A stretch of 61,904 bases of DNA from the IMG/VR virus record IMGVR_UViG_3300042556_002563, positions 1 through 61,904 of that record; one strand, written 5' to 3'. Shown here piece after piece: positions 42,009-51,747 of this stretch. Source of the DNA: a virus. Taxonomy: Duplodnaviria; Caudoviricetes. Both the position numbers and the translations under genes were made by a program. The stretch's first letter is position 1; every line of letters starts with the position of its first letter. The notes under the pieces are model-generated. The model was not told where the DNA came from, ran no database searches, and was given only the letters and a program-made list of their open reading frames with translations.

Positions 42009-42095
42009 AAAAAGAATGAAAAAAGAAGAGACCTCGCCGCGGGGCCCTCATAACTGCTTGCGACAGTTATGCAGGAAGTGGGCCCCGCGACGAGG
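42009..42095 (-). terminator. Long bulged hairpin followed by U-tract (terminator or structured RNA)
   Basis: CCTCGTCGCGGGGCCC-[ACTTCCTG]-CATAACTG-loop-CAGTTATG-A-GGGCCCCGCGGCGAGG then TCTCTTCTTTTTT. Confidence 0.7.
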
Positions 42096-42102
42096 AGATC
42101 AA

Positions 42103-43497
42103 CTACTTCTTGCCAGCAGCGCGAGCGCGCGCCTTGGCGAGAATGTCCGCAGAATCCCGCTTAACAGCGGGCGCAGCTTGCGGAGCGACAACAGGCGGAG
42201 GGATGTCCGCAACGTCAGAAAACATGTTAGCAACCCCGGCCTCTTCCTCTGCCGAGATTTCAGCCGCCGGCGGATCCCACGGCGCAGGCGGGTCCATGCT
42301 GGCCGGAGCCCGCACAGACGCCGGCTTTACAACCGGGGCCGGCTGCCGTGTTACCGTCGACTTGTAGTGAGTCTCATCCAACTCCTCTACAGCAACGCTA
42401 GCCCCAGAGAACGTCGCCGTACCCTTGGGCAGCGCGCGCATGTACTCCGGGTACTCACGCCACGCGAAGTCCAATGCTTCCCGCGGGAACACCGGCGCCA
42501 GCATTTCAGCTTGCTCTTCGTACGTCGGCAGGCGCAGATAATCGTCCCACGAGCCAGTCTCCGCCACAATGCGGTCGGCATACGGCTCAAGGGAGATTTC
42601 CTGCCCGTTAAACGTGTCGTGAAGAATACCGAAATGCGTGTATTCACTACGCGAATTCGGGTACCCCACGACATATTTGGCCGCCGCAGGACCACGGGCA
42701 AACTTCGGGCACTGAAACGCAGCTACGCCTTCCGGGCCAGTCGCCGCCAGATTCGGGCTGCCGCTCTTAAACGACTCAGGAAGAATCGTAAACAGCTTTG
42801 CCGCCCCGAAAGACAACATGTCACCGCTCAGGTGTTCGCCAGTGCTTTCGTCGCGCACCTTGAGTGCCGACAGCATGGCTTCACCCGCGCTGGTCTTCAA
42901 GCCGATGATACGGGCGTTCCGCTTATTATCGTCCGAGAACGCACCCAGCGTGATCTTTCCGTGCTCATCAACGAACACGACACTTGCCGAAACGAGCAAC
43001 GTCTTCTCGGGTTTCTTGAGCGAACCAATGTGAGAGTTCCGAACAAACTCCCGCGACAAAAGCTCGCTGAACAGCCTGCCAAGCGTCGGATGCGGGTTGT
43101 CCTTGGAATTGTCGTAAGCCACCTTACGCAGAACATGCAGCGGGCTTTCGTACAGATTCAGGTCTGGGTTGCCATCGTGGACGATGAAACAGATACCCGG
43201 ATTACCGACCCAGTGCGCACAAGTCACAAGCCGCTGCCAGTCGCCGTACGCAACGTTGTCACGACCTTCACGGAAATTGGCAAACTGCCGATCTCCGCCG
43301 TTGCTCTCTTCGTACATGGGAAGAAGCCGCAGGCAAAGACCGTTTGCCATCAGCTCGCCGCCAGATGCAATCAGAATGTTATTCTGCTTGCCGTACGCGT
43401 AGCGGGATTTGTTATTTGAACCGCCCGTGCCAATGTTGTTGGCTTTGCGGTAATCAGGATCCAGCGCAGCCAAATTTGCCGCGTTATAGCGAGGCAT
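42103..43497 (-). CDS. Putative gp32-like single-stranded DNA-binding protein
   Basis: LRLLP motif, Pro/Ala/acidic tail ending DILAKARARA, position between the polymerase and RecA. Confidence 0.5.
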   Translation of the reverse strand: MPRYNAANLAALDPDYRKANNIGTGGSNNKSRYAYGKQNNILIASGGELMANGLCLRLLPMYEESNGGDRQFANFREGRDNVAYGDWQRLVTCAHWVGNPGICFIVHDGNPDLNLYESPLHVLRKVAYDNSKDNPHPTLGRLFSELLSREFVRNSHIGSLKKPEKTLLVSASVVFVDEHGKITLGAFSDDNKRNARIIGLKTSAGEAMLSALKVRDESTGEHLSGDMLSFGAAKLFTILPESFKSGSPNLAATGPEGVAAFQCPKFARGPAAAKYVVGYPNSRSEYTHFGILHDTFNGQEISLEPYADRIVAETGSWDDYLRLPTYEEQAEMLAPVFPREALDFAWREYPEYMRALPKGTATFSGASVAVEELDETHYKSTVTRQPAPVVKPASVRAPASMDPPAPWDPPAAEISAEEEAGVANMFSDVADIPPPVVAPQAAPAVKRDSADILAKARARAAGKK

Positions 43498-43554
43498 ATC
43501 AACCTTCTCTTTCTTTGTAATTGAGGGCCCTATTGCCCTGTGTTATCTGACCGC

Positions 43555-43582
43555 AGTGTAGCAGTCAGAAATGGAAAGTCCA
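43555..43582 (-). promoter_or_regulatory. Candidate sigma70-type promoter
   Basis: TGGACT-16 nt-TACACT with an extended TGn; the -10 element sits in the loop of a TCTGAC/GTCAGA inverted repeat. Confidence 0.4.
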
Positions 43583-43585
43583 GAC

Positions 43586-46500
43586 CTACTCAGAAAAAAT
43601 CCACTCCATGCCCAAAGCCTTTGCGGCATCAGGCTTTAGCTTCTCCCCCCAATGCACAAAAACGTCTCTGTCCATGCCAAAGTGGTACGGACCAGCGCCC
43701 TTGATCAGAGTGCCGTCCAACCTCCGCGGCCAGAATTCAACGTCGTCAACCATGCACTTGGGAATTACGGATTTATAAACACGTTCAGCGTGCTCAAAAG
43801 GCACTATCAGCACAATGGCGTCGTGAATCTGCAGCGCGATCTTGTAATCAATGTCCGGGTTATCATTCCGGTACTGACAAAAATTCGCTAAAGCGATAGA
43901 CACAGCATCGGCTACCCCGCCTTGAATCGGGAAGTTCTGTGCCTGCCGTTCTTGTTCACCGCGGACAGACCGCTCACTAGACGACACGAACCGCCGAAAC
44001 CGCCCGTACGGGCCGACAATCCAGCCGGGGTCCTGCGACCGCGATCGGCACTCAGCCAGAAACTCTTTCGTGCCGGGGTAGGCTTTGAAGTAGGCGTCGA
44101 TCATGCGCTGGCAGTCATCAGCAGTAACGTCAACGCCCTCTTCTTTGCACTGCCGGGCGATGGCTTCCGGGCCGCGGCCATACGGAATACCAAAGTTCAC
44201 GTTTTTGGCCGCAATACGTAGGCCCTTCTTGCCCGCCGCAACCAGCCCGCTTTTTGTAGGTTCAACGCCTTGGAGATTGAACGTCTTAACCGCCTGCTGA
44301 CTGTGGATGTCGTAGTGGTCGGGATGGTTCTCCGGCAGAAGATTTCGCCGGACGTGCTCAATCATATCTTTATCCTGCGACAGCCACGCCAGCACCGCCA
44401 GCTCAGCGCCAGTCAAGTCCGTCTCAATTCCGACATGACCCTCGGGCACACGAAGAATCGACCGTACAGGATGTTTGTAGTGTTCCTTGCCAATTATTCT
44501 TTTGTAGTCGTCTTCTCGGCGGCTACTGAGATTTTGCAAAGGCGGACGGGAACTAGAGGCGCGGCCGGTTTCTTTCGTCTGGAATAAATGTGTGCGAACC
44601 TTGCCGTCGGAATGAACGCACCCAACGAGCCCTTTTTCATAAGCGAAATTTCCGTTTTCGTCTGTTTCAAAATCACCGTCCTCGTTTTCAGACGGTTTGC
44701 GTAATACCGACTGTAGCACCTGACTCGCGAACTTATAATCGCGAATCTTTGCTGCTGTCGCGTTGTCGTGGCCCAGAATACCGAGACTTTCCTTGTCTGT
44801 GCTGGGCGTTGCCGTATCTTGGTTAATTCCGCGCCAGCCCATCTCGTTCCACAACACAGGCCGTTTACCTGTTGTCTTAATCGGCCGAAGATTGAGCAGC
44901 CGCGCGTCTTCAGGGACAACCGGAGCATTGGTGTACCGATTAGCAAACGTGCGCCCAAACAACGCAATAGAAAGCTGTGGCTGCGACTTGGGGTTAAACG
45001 CCGGCCAGTTCAGCTCTGCCCGAATCTCAGCTAACAACCGGTCCTGCGTGTGCATAAACAGCGTTGTTAGCTCGTCGGCCCTATTTCTATCAATAACCAT
45101 GCCGGTCATTTCCATCTCTAGAAACGCCAGCGATGCGTTATGCGCTGTCCAATACGGCATCCAGCAATCGTGCCCGTACATGTCGTGACGCAACAAACCA
45201 TCTGCCCCGTTAGTGCCATAAAACTTCATGGCGATTCTGCGAGTCACGTCAGCGTCATAAGACGCGTACGGATGAAGCACGTGGGCCGGACATTCGCCGT
45301 AACCGCCGACTTCCCCGGCTTTAAGCTTATTTTCCGCCCGGTACTTCTTTTTCCACTTATCCAGCGGCTCCCAATATGTGGGCGCTGTCGTGAACTTCAT
45401 AGAACATTCGTCAAGGCCATAGCGGGCACACTCGTTAACCGCATGGTACATCAAGCTCGTGTCCCAGCCGCCGTGAAGTCTGTCATCTGGGTCATTTGCC
45501 GGCGCATATTCATCTCGGCAATCTACGCCAAATGCAATTAACCACGGAAGGTCAGCCCGGAGAAAGTGCCCGCCAACCCGCACATGGCGTTCTGGCGTGC
45601 TCTTGAGCAACCGCAGTAGCTCGCGCTGAACAACCTCAAGCCCCGGCTTAAATGCAATCGCGCCGCCCTGATGCCGTAAGACAATGGTCCGAGCCCATTT
45701 GTCCTTGTTCGACACCTGCACAGTCCGCAGATACGCGCCGGCCTCTGTCGGATACTCGCCGTGCCACTCACAGTCCACCGCGATAATATTTGCGTTTGGA
45801 TCTGGATCAGCCAGCATATCGTCAACCAGCTCGACCAGCGCGGCTTCAGTGTAAATATCGGCGTGGTCGACCTGTTCTTCTGTGTAAATCTGGTCGTCCA
45901 GCATCGCCTTGAACCGACCGATTTGCCCATTAAAGTCACCGGTCGCTTCTGGTTTGCGAACCACATAAGCCGGATGCATAACCGACATGACTTTGATTTC
46001 GCGTTTATTGCCGTCGGCGTCAAAAGCAGCCAGCGGTAATACACGACCAGCCAGTCCCGTTACGTTGCCTGCCGTACGCATAACCGCTTTGGCCGCGTCG
46101 TTACCAAGGCACAAAATGTAGTCAGGTTCAACGAGTCGAATTTCCTGCTCAAGCAAAATAGCGCAATCTTTAATCCACGCCGCCGGAACAGCTGTAATCT
46201 CTTCTGTGCCCGCTGAGAACTTACACGCCGAAGTTACATACCAATCGCGATAAGTTTCGTGCGGGACGCCTGCTTCGCGCAGTGTTTCCGCGAGCAGCAG
46301 CATGCCAGTACTGCCGACGTAATTTTGATTATTAAACTCAAACGTGCCCGGGATCTTGCCAATCACCATCACTTTGGCTTTTCGACGCGGGCCAAAGCGC
46401 GAAATCGGCTCTAAAAAATCTTCCGTCGTGTCACCCCATATGTGCCCCGGAAGAAACTGCGCTTCCACCTGCTTTGTCTTGAGCATCACGGGCATAGGAA

Positions 46501-46756
46501 ACAGCGGATGGTAGAGCGCGTCCCTATAAAGCTTGATTAACTGTTCCCCTACCGGAATGACTTTTTTCTTTTTAACCTCATTGACGTCAATTGCGTCGCC
46601 CATGTCGTTGGCGTGCGCAATAAAATCAGCGCCCGCTGGGGGCATGCCGGGTGCCGTCAGATCGACAAACCGAAACATTTCTTCCGTCAGCGCATCCCCC
46701 GTCTCGTCGTAGAGCGCCCGGGTCAGCCGGTGCGTCAACGCTACCTCAGACGACAT
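43586..46756 (-). CDS. polA: Family A DNA polymerase with N-terminal UDG-like domain (SPO1-type) and 3'-5' exonuclease
   Basis: UDG4-like GxxPG/YVG.TG/HPAY; exonuclease DCE, D, YASYD; polymerase TGR.SS..P.LQN, DLTGAE, R..AK..NFG..YG, QIHD. Confidence 0.93.
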   Translation of the reverse strand: MSSEVALTHRLTRALYDETGDALTEEMFRFVDLTAPGMPPAGADFIAHANDMGDAIDVNEVKKKKVIPVGEQLIKLYRDALYHPLFPMPVMLKTKQVEAQFLPGHIWGDTTEDFLEPISRFGPRRKAKVMVIGKIPGTFEFNNQNYVGSTGMLLLAETLREAGVPHETYRDWYVTSACKFSAGTEEITAVPAAWIKDCAILLEQEIRLVEPDYILCLGNDAAKAVMRTAGNVTGLAGRVLPLAAFDADGNKREIKVMSVMHPAYVVRKPEATGDFNGQIGRFKAMLDDQIYTEEQVDHADIYTEAALVELVDDMLADPDPNANIIAVDCEWHGEYPTEAGAYLRTVQVSNKDKWARTIVLRHQGGAIAFKPGLEVVQRELLRLLKSTPERHVRVGGHFLRADLPWLIAFGVDCRDEYAPANDPDDRLHGGWDTSLMYHAVNECARYGLDECSMKFTTAPTYWEPLDKWKKKYRAENKLKAGEVGGYGECPAHVLHPYASYDADVTRRIAMKFYGTNGADGLLRHDMYGHDCWMPYWTAHNASLAFLEMEMTGMVIDRNRADELTTLFMHTQDRLLAEIRAELNWPAFNPKSQPQLSIALFGRTFANRYTNAPVVPEDARLLNLRPIKTTGKRPVLWNEMGWRGINQDTATPSTDKESLGILGHDNATAAKIRDYKFASQVLQSVLRKPSENEDGDFETDENGNFAYEKGLVGCVHSDGKVRTHLFQTKETGRASSSRPPLQNLSSRREDDYKRIIGKEHYKHPVRSILRVPEGHVGIETDLTGAELAVLAWLSQDKDMIEHVRRNLLPENHPDHYDIHSQQAVKTFNLQGVEPTKSGLVAAGKKGLRIAAKNVNFGIPYGRGPEAIARQCKEEGVDVTADDCQRMIDAYFKAYPGTKEFLAECRSRSQDPGWIVGPYGRFRRFVSSSERSVRGEQERQAQNFPIQGGVADAVSIALANFCQYRNDNPDIDYKIALQIHDAIVLIVPFEHAERVYKSVIPKCMVDDVEFWPRRLDGTLIKGAGPYHFGMDRDVFVHWGEKLKPDAAKALGMEWIFSE

Positions 46757-46762
46757 ACGACC

Positions 46763-47833
46763 TCACTGTAAAAAGGACAAATCAGCTGCCACATCCACCG
46801 CGGCAGCCGCGGCTGATAACAGCGCAAACAATTCTGGGCGTGTATAATCCGCCGGATCACGCGCATCCGGCAGAATCACCGGCACAACGTTCATATTCCG
46901 GGCGCAGAGCTTTTGAGTAGTTTTCTCCAGCTCTTCCTGTGCGTCATTGTCGAGCACGATGAACACAGGCTTGTCTGCCCACGTTGTAGCCAATGCCGTC
47001 TCCTGCCACAAGGATAAAGATTTCCCAAAGCAGCAGACAGCCGCCGGCCACATCCGCCACACGCTCGGCGCGCCCTCGACCAGAATCACGACGGGCTGCT
47101 CACGCGCCACGTCATAGTTGTAGAGCATCTGGCTTTTCCGGCCCTGCGTGTAGTATTTAACCGCCACCGTGCGATTTCCGACGATGCGGCCCTGCCACGC
47201 CACAAGCTTGTTGTCCATGCGAGCTGGAATATAAATCCGCCCCTTCATAAGCCCGTAAGACGAGTACGAAGGATTTACGCACACGCCGATGTCAAACCGC
47301 TCGGCCAGCTCTTTGATATCGAAGTTGCGCGATACCAGATACTCAACCGCCGGATGGTAGTCGGGCAGCGTGTCAATGCGGACGATTTCGCCCGGCGGCT
47401 CAACGTCTTTGATAACATAATCAGTCGTGGGCGGTCGGATCGCAGCGCTCGTCTGCAGCTGCCGGCCGCCGCCAAAAATCAAGTCAGACAGCTGCTCTAG
47501 CCGCCCCTCTTGTTTCAGGCACCCGTCGTTGTAGCAAACGGCCAAGTGCGTATCCATGCGGCGCCCGTCAATGAAGTCCGCCCCGTACGTGTGGTTAATC
47601 CACAGCCGGTGGCGATCTTCCTTGCAAAACGGGCAACACACGCGGTAATACTCGCCCCAGCTCTGCGCCCGCTTAATGAACTTGCCGGGGCGCAGCGGAT
47701 CGTTGAAGCGCTGCACTTGCGCCGACGCTCCTGCATTTGCAATCAGCACGGAACCAAACCTGTGCTCAAGCAAAGAATACAGGAGCGGATTCATCGGATT
47801 AATTGTTGGTGCCTCGGGCGCAGCCATCGTCAT
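46763..47833 (-). CDS. DnaG-like primase
   Basis: CPFC Zn finger, GRIYIP, WQGR, KY, Toprim VEG and LDND, DP.D. Confidence 0.88.
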   Translation of the reverse strand: MTMAAPEAPTINPMNPLLYSLLEHRFGSVLIANAGASAQVQRFNDPLRPGKFIKRAQSWGEYYRVCCPFCKEDRHRLWINHTYGADFIDGRRMDTHLAVCYNDGCLKQEGRLEQLSDLIFGGGRQLQTSAAIRPPTTDYVIKDVEPPGEIVRIDTLPDYHPAVEYLVSRNFDIKELAERFDIGVCVNPSYSSYGLMKGRIYIPARMDNKLVAWQGRIVGNRTVAVKYYTQGRKSQMLYNYDVAREQPVVILVEGAPSVWRMWPAAVCCFGKSLSLWQETALATTWADKPVFIVLDNDAQEELEKTTQKLCARNMNVVPVILPDARDPADYTRPELFALLSAAAAAVDVAADLSFLQ

Positions 47834-47844
47834 ACAAACTCCTT

Positions 47845-49503
47845 TCAGGCAAGACCGTTGTCTTCAGCAAATCGATCTACCGGCATAATACGCCGGCGGG
47901 GCTCTCTCGCTGCTGTGGGAGCCACGGGCGCAATATCACCGCGCCGCAGAATCTTTCTGGCTGTTTCAGACGCTGTGTATTCTTCATTCACCAGATGCAC
48001 GTCTACGATGTTGTCGTCCATGCGGACAAGTCCGCGGCGGCTGACAGGCACGTAAGCCCGAATCTTAGAGTAGTGAATCGTTGAAACTTTTGTTTCCTGA
48101 TCGCGCGTATTGATGCACAGACACGCGTGAACATTCTCAGCAAACGACTTTGAACCGGCCGCGTCAAGATGCCCGGTGTACTTGTACGCCGGCTTGCTCT
48201 TAATATCCGCGCCGGCCAACTGATGGGCTAGCATAACAGTAGCGCCGTACGGCACCGCTATCTGAGTCCGCAGATCGTCGGGCACGTTCTTGATTGGCCG
48301 TGCGAGGTTCTCTACATACCGCCCGCGCTTATCGTTTGCCAACTCGCGCTCTACCAAAATGCTCGCATGGTCAACAAACACAGCGCCAATATCCATGTTG
48401 CGCGTTTCTGCCACCTTCTCGATCACAGCGGCAATCTCGGGGACACCGCCGTCACCGTGGTTACCAGTCTCGATGTTCTTAGAAAAGTCCAGAAACAAGA
48501 AATGCTGATTGAACCACTCCAGCATGGCGTTCCACCGATCCCGCTCACACAGCATGATCTCGCCGTTACGGTTCTCGGGCAATTCGCGCTCGTACGGCTT
48601 CAGCGTGTCACGCGTAGAAAAATGCTCCCAAAACCGGGCATTCTGCGTGAACAGATTCCGGTCGATATGCGACGCTGCAGACCAGAATAAACCGTTCATC
48701 TTCTCTGCGCCGTCTTCGTAGCAGATATACACAGAGAGTTTGTTTTCTCCGCGAACGAAAAACTGCTGGGCCATTCGCACCGCCGCAGATGCCATCATTG
48801 TCGTCTTGCCGCCCTCGAACGGACCCAAGATGCCAATCAGGTCGCCTTTGCGAAATCCGCCAAGATACTGGTCAATCCACGGAATCGTGGTCGGTTCGGG
48901 CGGCGGCGCCAGTGCGATTTCGGCGCCAAACTCGGGCGCGTGGGCGGCATTGACAATCTCGCGACCCAAATACTGGATCGACTTAGCTTTCTTTGCGAAG
49001 TCCTGCAGCCGGGCTTCGAAATCAACGACAACCGTATCTCTGGCCGAATTAACTGTGTGCTGCAGCTCGTGCTTCAGGATGCGGACATTTACAAAACGCC
49101 GCAGAATTGTTTCCTGATATTGCCGCTCCGCTCGTTTTGCTGCATTCTCAAGCGCTGGCGCCGCAAAAGAGTCTGCGATAAACGCAACCAGCTCTTCCAG
49201 CTCCTCAGCGCGCATCGTCGGAATCGCGTCATTCGCGTACCATGCCCGTAACTGCGTCACGAGCGCTATTTCATTTACTGCGCCATGCCGCTGGTACAGC
49301 CCGACAGCCGCGGCATACAAATAGATAAACGGCGATTCTTTGCCGCCGCCTAAAAAATGCGTTGGCGCCACACCAACGTTTTGGGCATCTTTCAGCAATC
49401 CGGGATTACACAGGAATCCGCGAACCATCTCTTTGATTTCGGCATAAGTCAGAACATCATCATGATGATTTTGTGTTTCGCGCGCTCCGTCGCCACTAGC
49501 CAT
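47845..49503 (-). CDS. DnaB-like (SF4) replicative helicase
   Basis: GGFRKGDL...GPFEGGKTT, YE, FVDH, AHQL, K.R arginine finger. Confidence 0.85.
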   Translation of the reverse strand: MASGDGARETQNHHDDVLTYAEIKEMVRGFLCNPGLLKDAQNVGVAPTHFLGGGKESPFIYLYAAAVGLYQRHGAVNEIALVTQLRAWYANDAIPTMRAEELEELVAFIADSFAAPALENAAKRAERQYQETILRRFVNVRILKHELQHTVNSARDTVVVDFEARLQDFAKKAKSIQYLGREIVNAAHAPEFGAEIALAPPPEPTTIPWIDQYLGGFRKGDLIGILGPFEGGKTTMMASAAVRMAQQFFVRGENKLSVYICYEDGAEKMNGLFWSAASHIDRNLFTQNARFWEHFSTRDTLKPYERELPENRNGEIMLCERDRWNAMLEWFNQHFLFLDFSKNIETGNHGDGGVPEIAAVIEKVAETRNMDIGAVFVDHASILVERELANDKRGRYVENLARPIKNVPDDLRTQIAVPYGATVMLAHQLAGADIKSKPAYKYTGHLDAAGSKSFAENVHACLCINTRDQETKVSTIHYSKIRAYVPVSRRGLVRMDDNIVDVHLVNEEYTASETARKILRRGDIAPVAPTAAREPRRRIMPVDRFAEDNGLA

Positions 49504-50257
49504 TGTAAGTCCTCCAATGCTCACGAATTAGGCGGACAGCGGCGCGTAATTCATCTGTGACCCACCATGCTGTGTCCTCATCTTTAATAACTTGATCGTA
49601 TAGCGGCTGATTAGCCTCATAATCTAACGACGCGCGCCACAGATAGCGCTCAATCGCGCTGTCGCAGTTGGCGGCGGCGGCCCACGCGTGCCGAAAAAAC
49701 GGCGGCGCGGACACGTAGCTCTCGTCGCAGAGCACGTAGAGCGTCTGGTCCTCTTTCGAGAACTTGAACACGTTCGTGCTTTTGTACCGCGAATTGATCG
49801 TATGCCCGGCCACAGTTGCTTTATGAGCAATCGTTCGGGGCGCTTCCGCGCAGTACAGGTTGTATATTTTTTGCGATGAGCCGCCGTATAACATGGAAGG
49901 CCGCATCGTCGGCATTTTGTCGAGCCCGCCGGCAAGCGTGATTTCTGCTGCCGGAGAGAAGTGAGCGTACACCCACATTCCGGGATTTGCGCTCACCATC
50001 TCGACGGCTCTGGCTGCTTTGGCCCACACAGACGAATGCCGTACGCCAAAGTTATCTTTCCCGCCGTCCCACGCTGGCCGTCTTAACGTGTGCGCCCGGG
50101 CATCCCAATCAACCGCGGCCTCGTTTAAATAAATAAACTGATACCGCATGTACGCGGCAAGTTGTTCCGTATTCAGCTGGGTGTGCCAATCATGCGCTAG
50201 CAACGCATCATGTGGCTCCACCGCCTCCGCTATTGCGCCAACTGCGTTGTGCGTCAT
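49496..50257 (-). CDS. Hypothetical protein between two helicases
   Basis: ORF overlapping both neighbours; start re-assigned to ATG 50257. Confidence 0.6.
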   Translation of the reverse strand: MTHNAVGAIAEAVEPHDALLAHDWHTQLNTEQLAAYMRYQFIYLNEAAVDWDARAHTLRRPAWDGGKDNFGVRHSSVWAKAARAVEMVSANPGMWVYAHFSPAAEITLAGGLDKMPTMRPSMLYGGSSQKIYNLYCAEAPRTIAHKATVAGHTINSRYKSTNVFKFSKEDQTLYVLCDESYVSAPPFFRHAWAAAANCDSAIERYLWRASLDYEANQPLYDQVIKDEDTAWWVTDELRAAVRLIREHWRTYNG

Positions 50258-51746
50258 GCCAATTTTGTTCCCATCCAAGGAGTTTATAGCTGTTGCGCCG
50301 ACCCAAACTCTTGCGGTAAAAAGTCGGGTCGAATGTGTCCATGCAATCCAAAACTTCGCCAAACTCTTTACGTGTTCCGTCCGGCGCTGTGTAAATACGA
50401 CTCACGCGCCCCGGACCCTGCACGTCTACGATATCGCTATCTCGGTCATCAGCGCGAACCAGCACGCTTAACTGCTCAAAGTCCACGCCGGTTGCCCACA
50501 CGTCCGTAGCAATTACACGTTTTAATGTGCCGGCCTCAAACGCAGACCGCATATCATGTTTCTGAAACTCATTTAACGGCTTGTAGTCCTCCGGTAAGAG
50601 TTTCTTCTTTCTGTACGCCGAGCAGTCGTAAGGCGCCATGTTGCCGTATACAAGACTGAATTCAGGCAACAACGAGCCAAGGTGCACCGCGTGCTCAATC
50701 GTTTCTACAAGTATCAGAATCTGATGCGATTCAGGGTACTCGCGCACCGCGTCGGCTATGATGCCGTTTCGCTCACGGTTTGTCCAGATGCCGTATCGTT
50801 TTCTCGCGACACGGTTGCCGTAGCGCTCCGCTGGGTTCGAACGCAGCCGCATAGGCAGCCAATTCACCTTGACCGGCACGACCAGCCCAAGATCCACAGC
50901 GTTCTGGTAGGTCAGCTCAAACACCATTGGGCCAAACAGCGGCTCAAGCACGGCATGGGCGTTGTCCATACGCGCGTAGGGTGTGGCGCTCATGCCATAG
51001 TTCCTACTGTGCCTATACCGCGCAGCCAACGCTGTCGAAAAATTGACCGTGGCCAGCTGATGCACTTCGTCAGCAAACAGAAAGTCTGCGTCGCCATCGG
51101 AGTGCGCCAAACTGCCAGCGGTAATCACCGTGACGCGTTCCCACTGCTTCCATCCGTCGCCTACGCGACCGACCTTCGGCAGCAGCCGTTTAAGGCTGCG
51201 TACAATACGCTCGGCTACGTCTACGCTCTTTGTAACAACGTGGATTTTGGCTTCAGGAAACAAAAGCGCTGCTGCCCCAATCAAAGTCGTCTTACCGAAA
51301 CCGGTGACGGCTTTGATAATTCCGCACGGGGCGCGAGCAATCGTCTGTAAACATTCTTCCTGCCGCGGTCGAAATTCAATTCGGCCGGCAAGATTCTCCC
51401 ATTGCGGCACATAGCAGTTCGGCCGCTTGCGTTCGACTGTGTTTTCACGCAACGACGTTTGGCAACCAAGTTTGCGCAATCTGTTTACCATGCGTGCCAA
51501 GTAACCGCTCAGCACAATCACGTGACCATTTTCAACACGAAACAGTTTGTACTCTTTCGTCTGAAAAAACATGCGCTGGCCCGTGATCGGATCTCTACGC
51601 GCTTGCCCGTGCACCTGCTCGATATGCGAATAGCGCAAATCGTGTGTAAGCTTTTTAACCAGCTCGTCAGGTAAAGGTGCGTTAGCTGGCCCCGTCAGCG
51701 TTAATACATTGCCGGCACGATTAATTACTACAGGTTGCGGGGCCAT
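50208..51746 (-). CDS. SF2 DExH helicase (UvsW/XPB-like)
   Basis: RPRQ, TGFGKT, DEVH, SATP, TGVD, Q..GR..R. Confidence 0.9.
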   Translation of the reverse strand: MAPQPVVINRAGNVLTLTGPANAPLPDELVKKLTHDLRYSHIEQVHGQARRDPITGQRMFFQTKEYKLFRVENGHVIVLSGYLARMVNRLRKLGCQTSLRENTVERKRPNCYVPQWENLAGRIEFRPRQEECLQTIARAPCGIIKAVTGFGKTTLIGAAALLFPEAKIHVVTKSVDVAERIVRSLKRLLPKVGRVGDGWKQWERVTVITAGSLAHSDGDADFLFADEVHQLATVNFSTALAARYRHSRNYGMSATPYARMDNAHAVLEPLFGPMVFELTYQNAVDLGLVVPVKVNWLPMRLRSNPAERYGNRVARKRYGIWTNRERNGIIADAVREYPESHQILILVETIEHAVHLGSLLPEFSLVYGNMAPYDCSAYRKKKLLPEDYKPLNEFQKHDMRSAFEAGTLKRVIATDVWATGVDFEQLSVLVRADDRDSDIVDVQGPGRVSRIYTAPDGTRKEFGEVLDCMDTFDPTFYRKSLGRRNSYKLLGWEQNWHDAQRSWRNSGGGGAT

Positions 51747-51747
51747 G

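Noticed and set aside
41881-43419. 512-aa plus-strand ORF (also 39536..40471, 8407..9234 and other plus-strand ORFs)
   Set aside because: Antisense shadows of well-supported minus-strand genes; Arg-rich, no motifs.
43586-51746. Inteins or introns in polymerase and helicases
   Set aside because: Lengths are explained by recognised domains; no intein N/C-terminal motifs or frame breaks seen.
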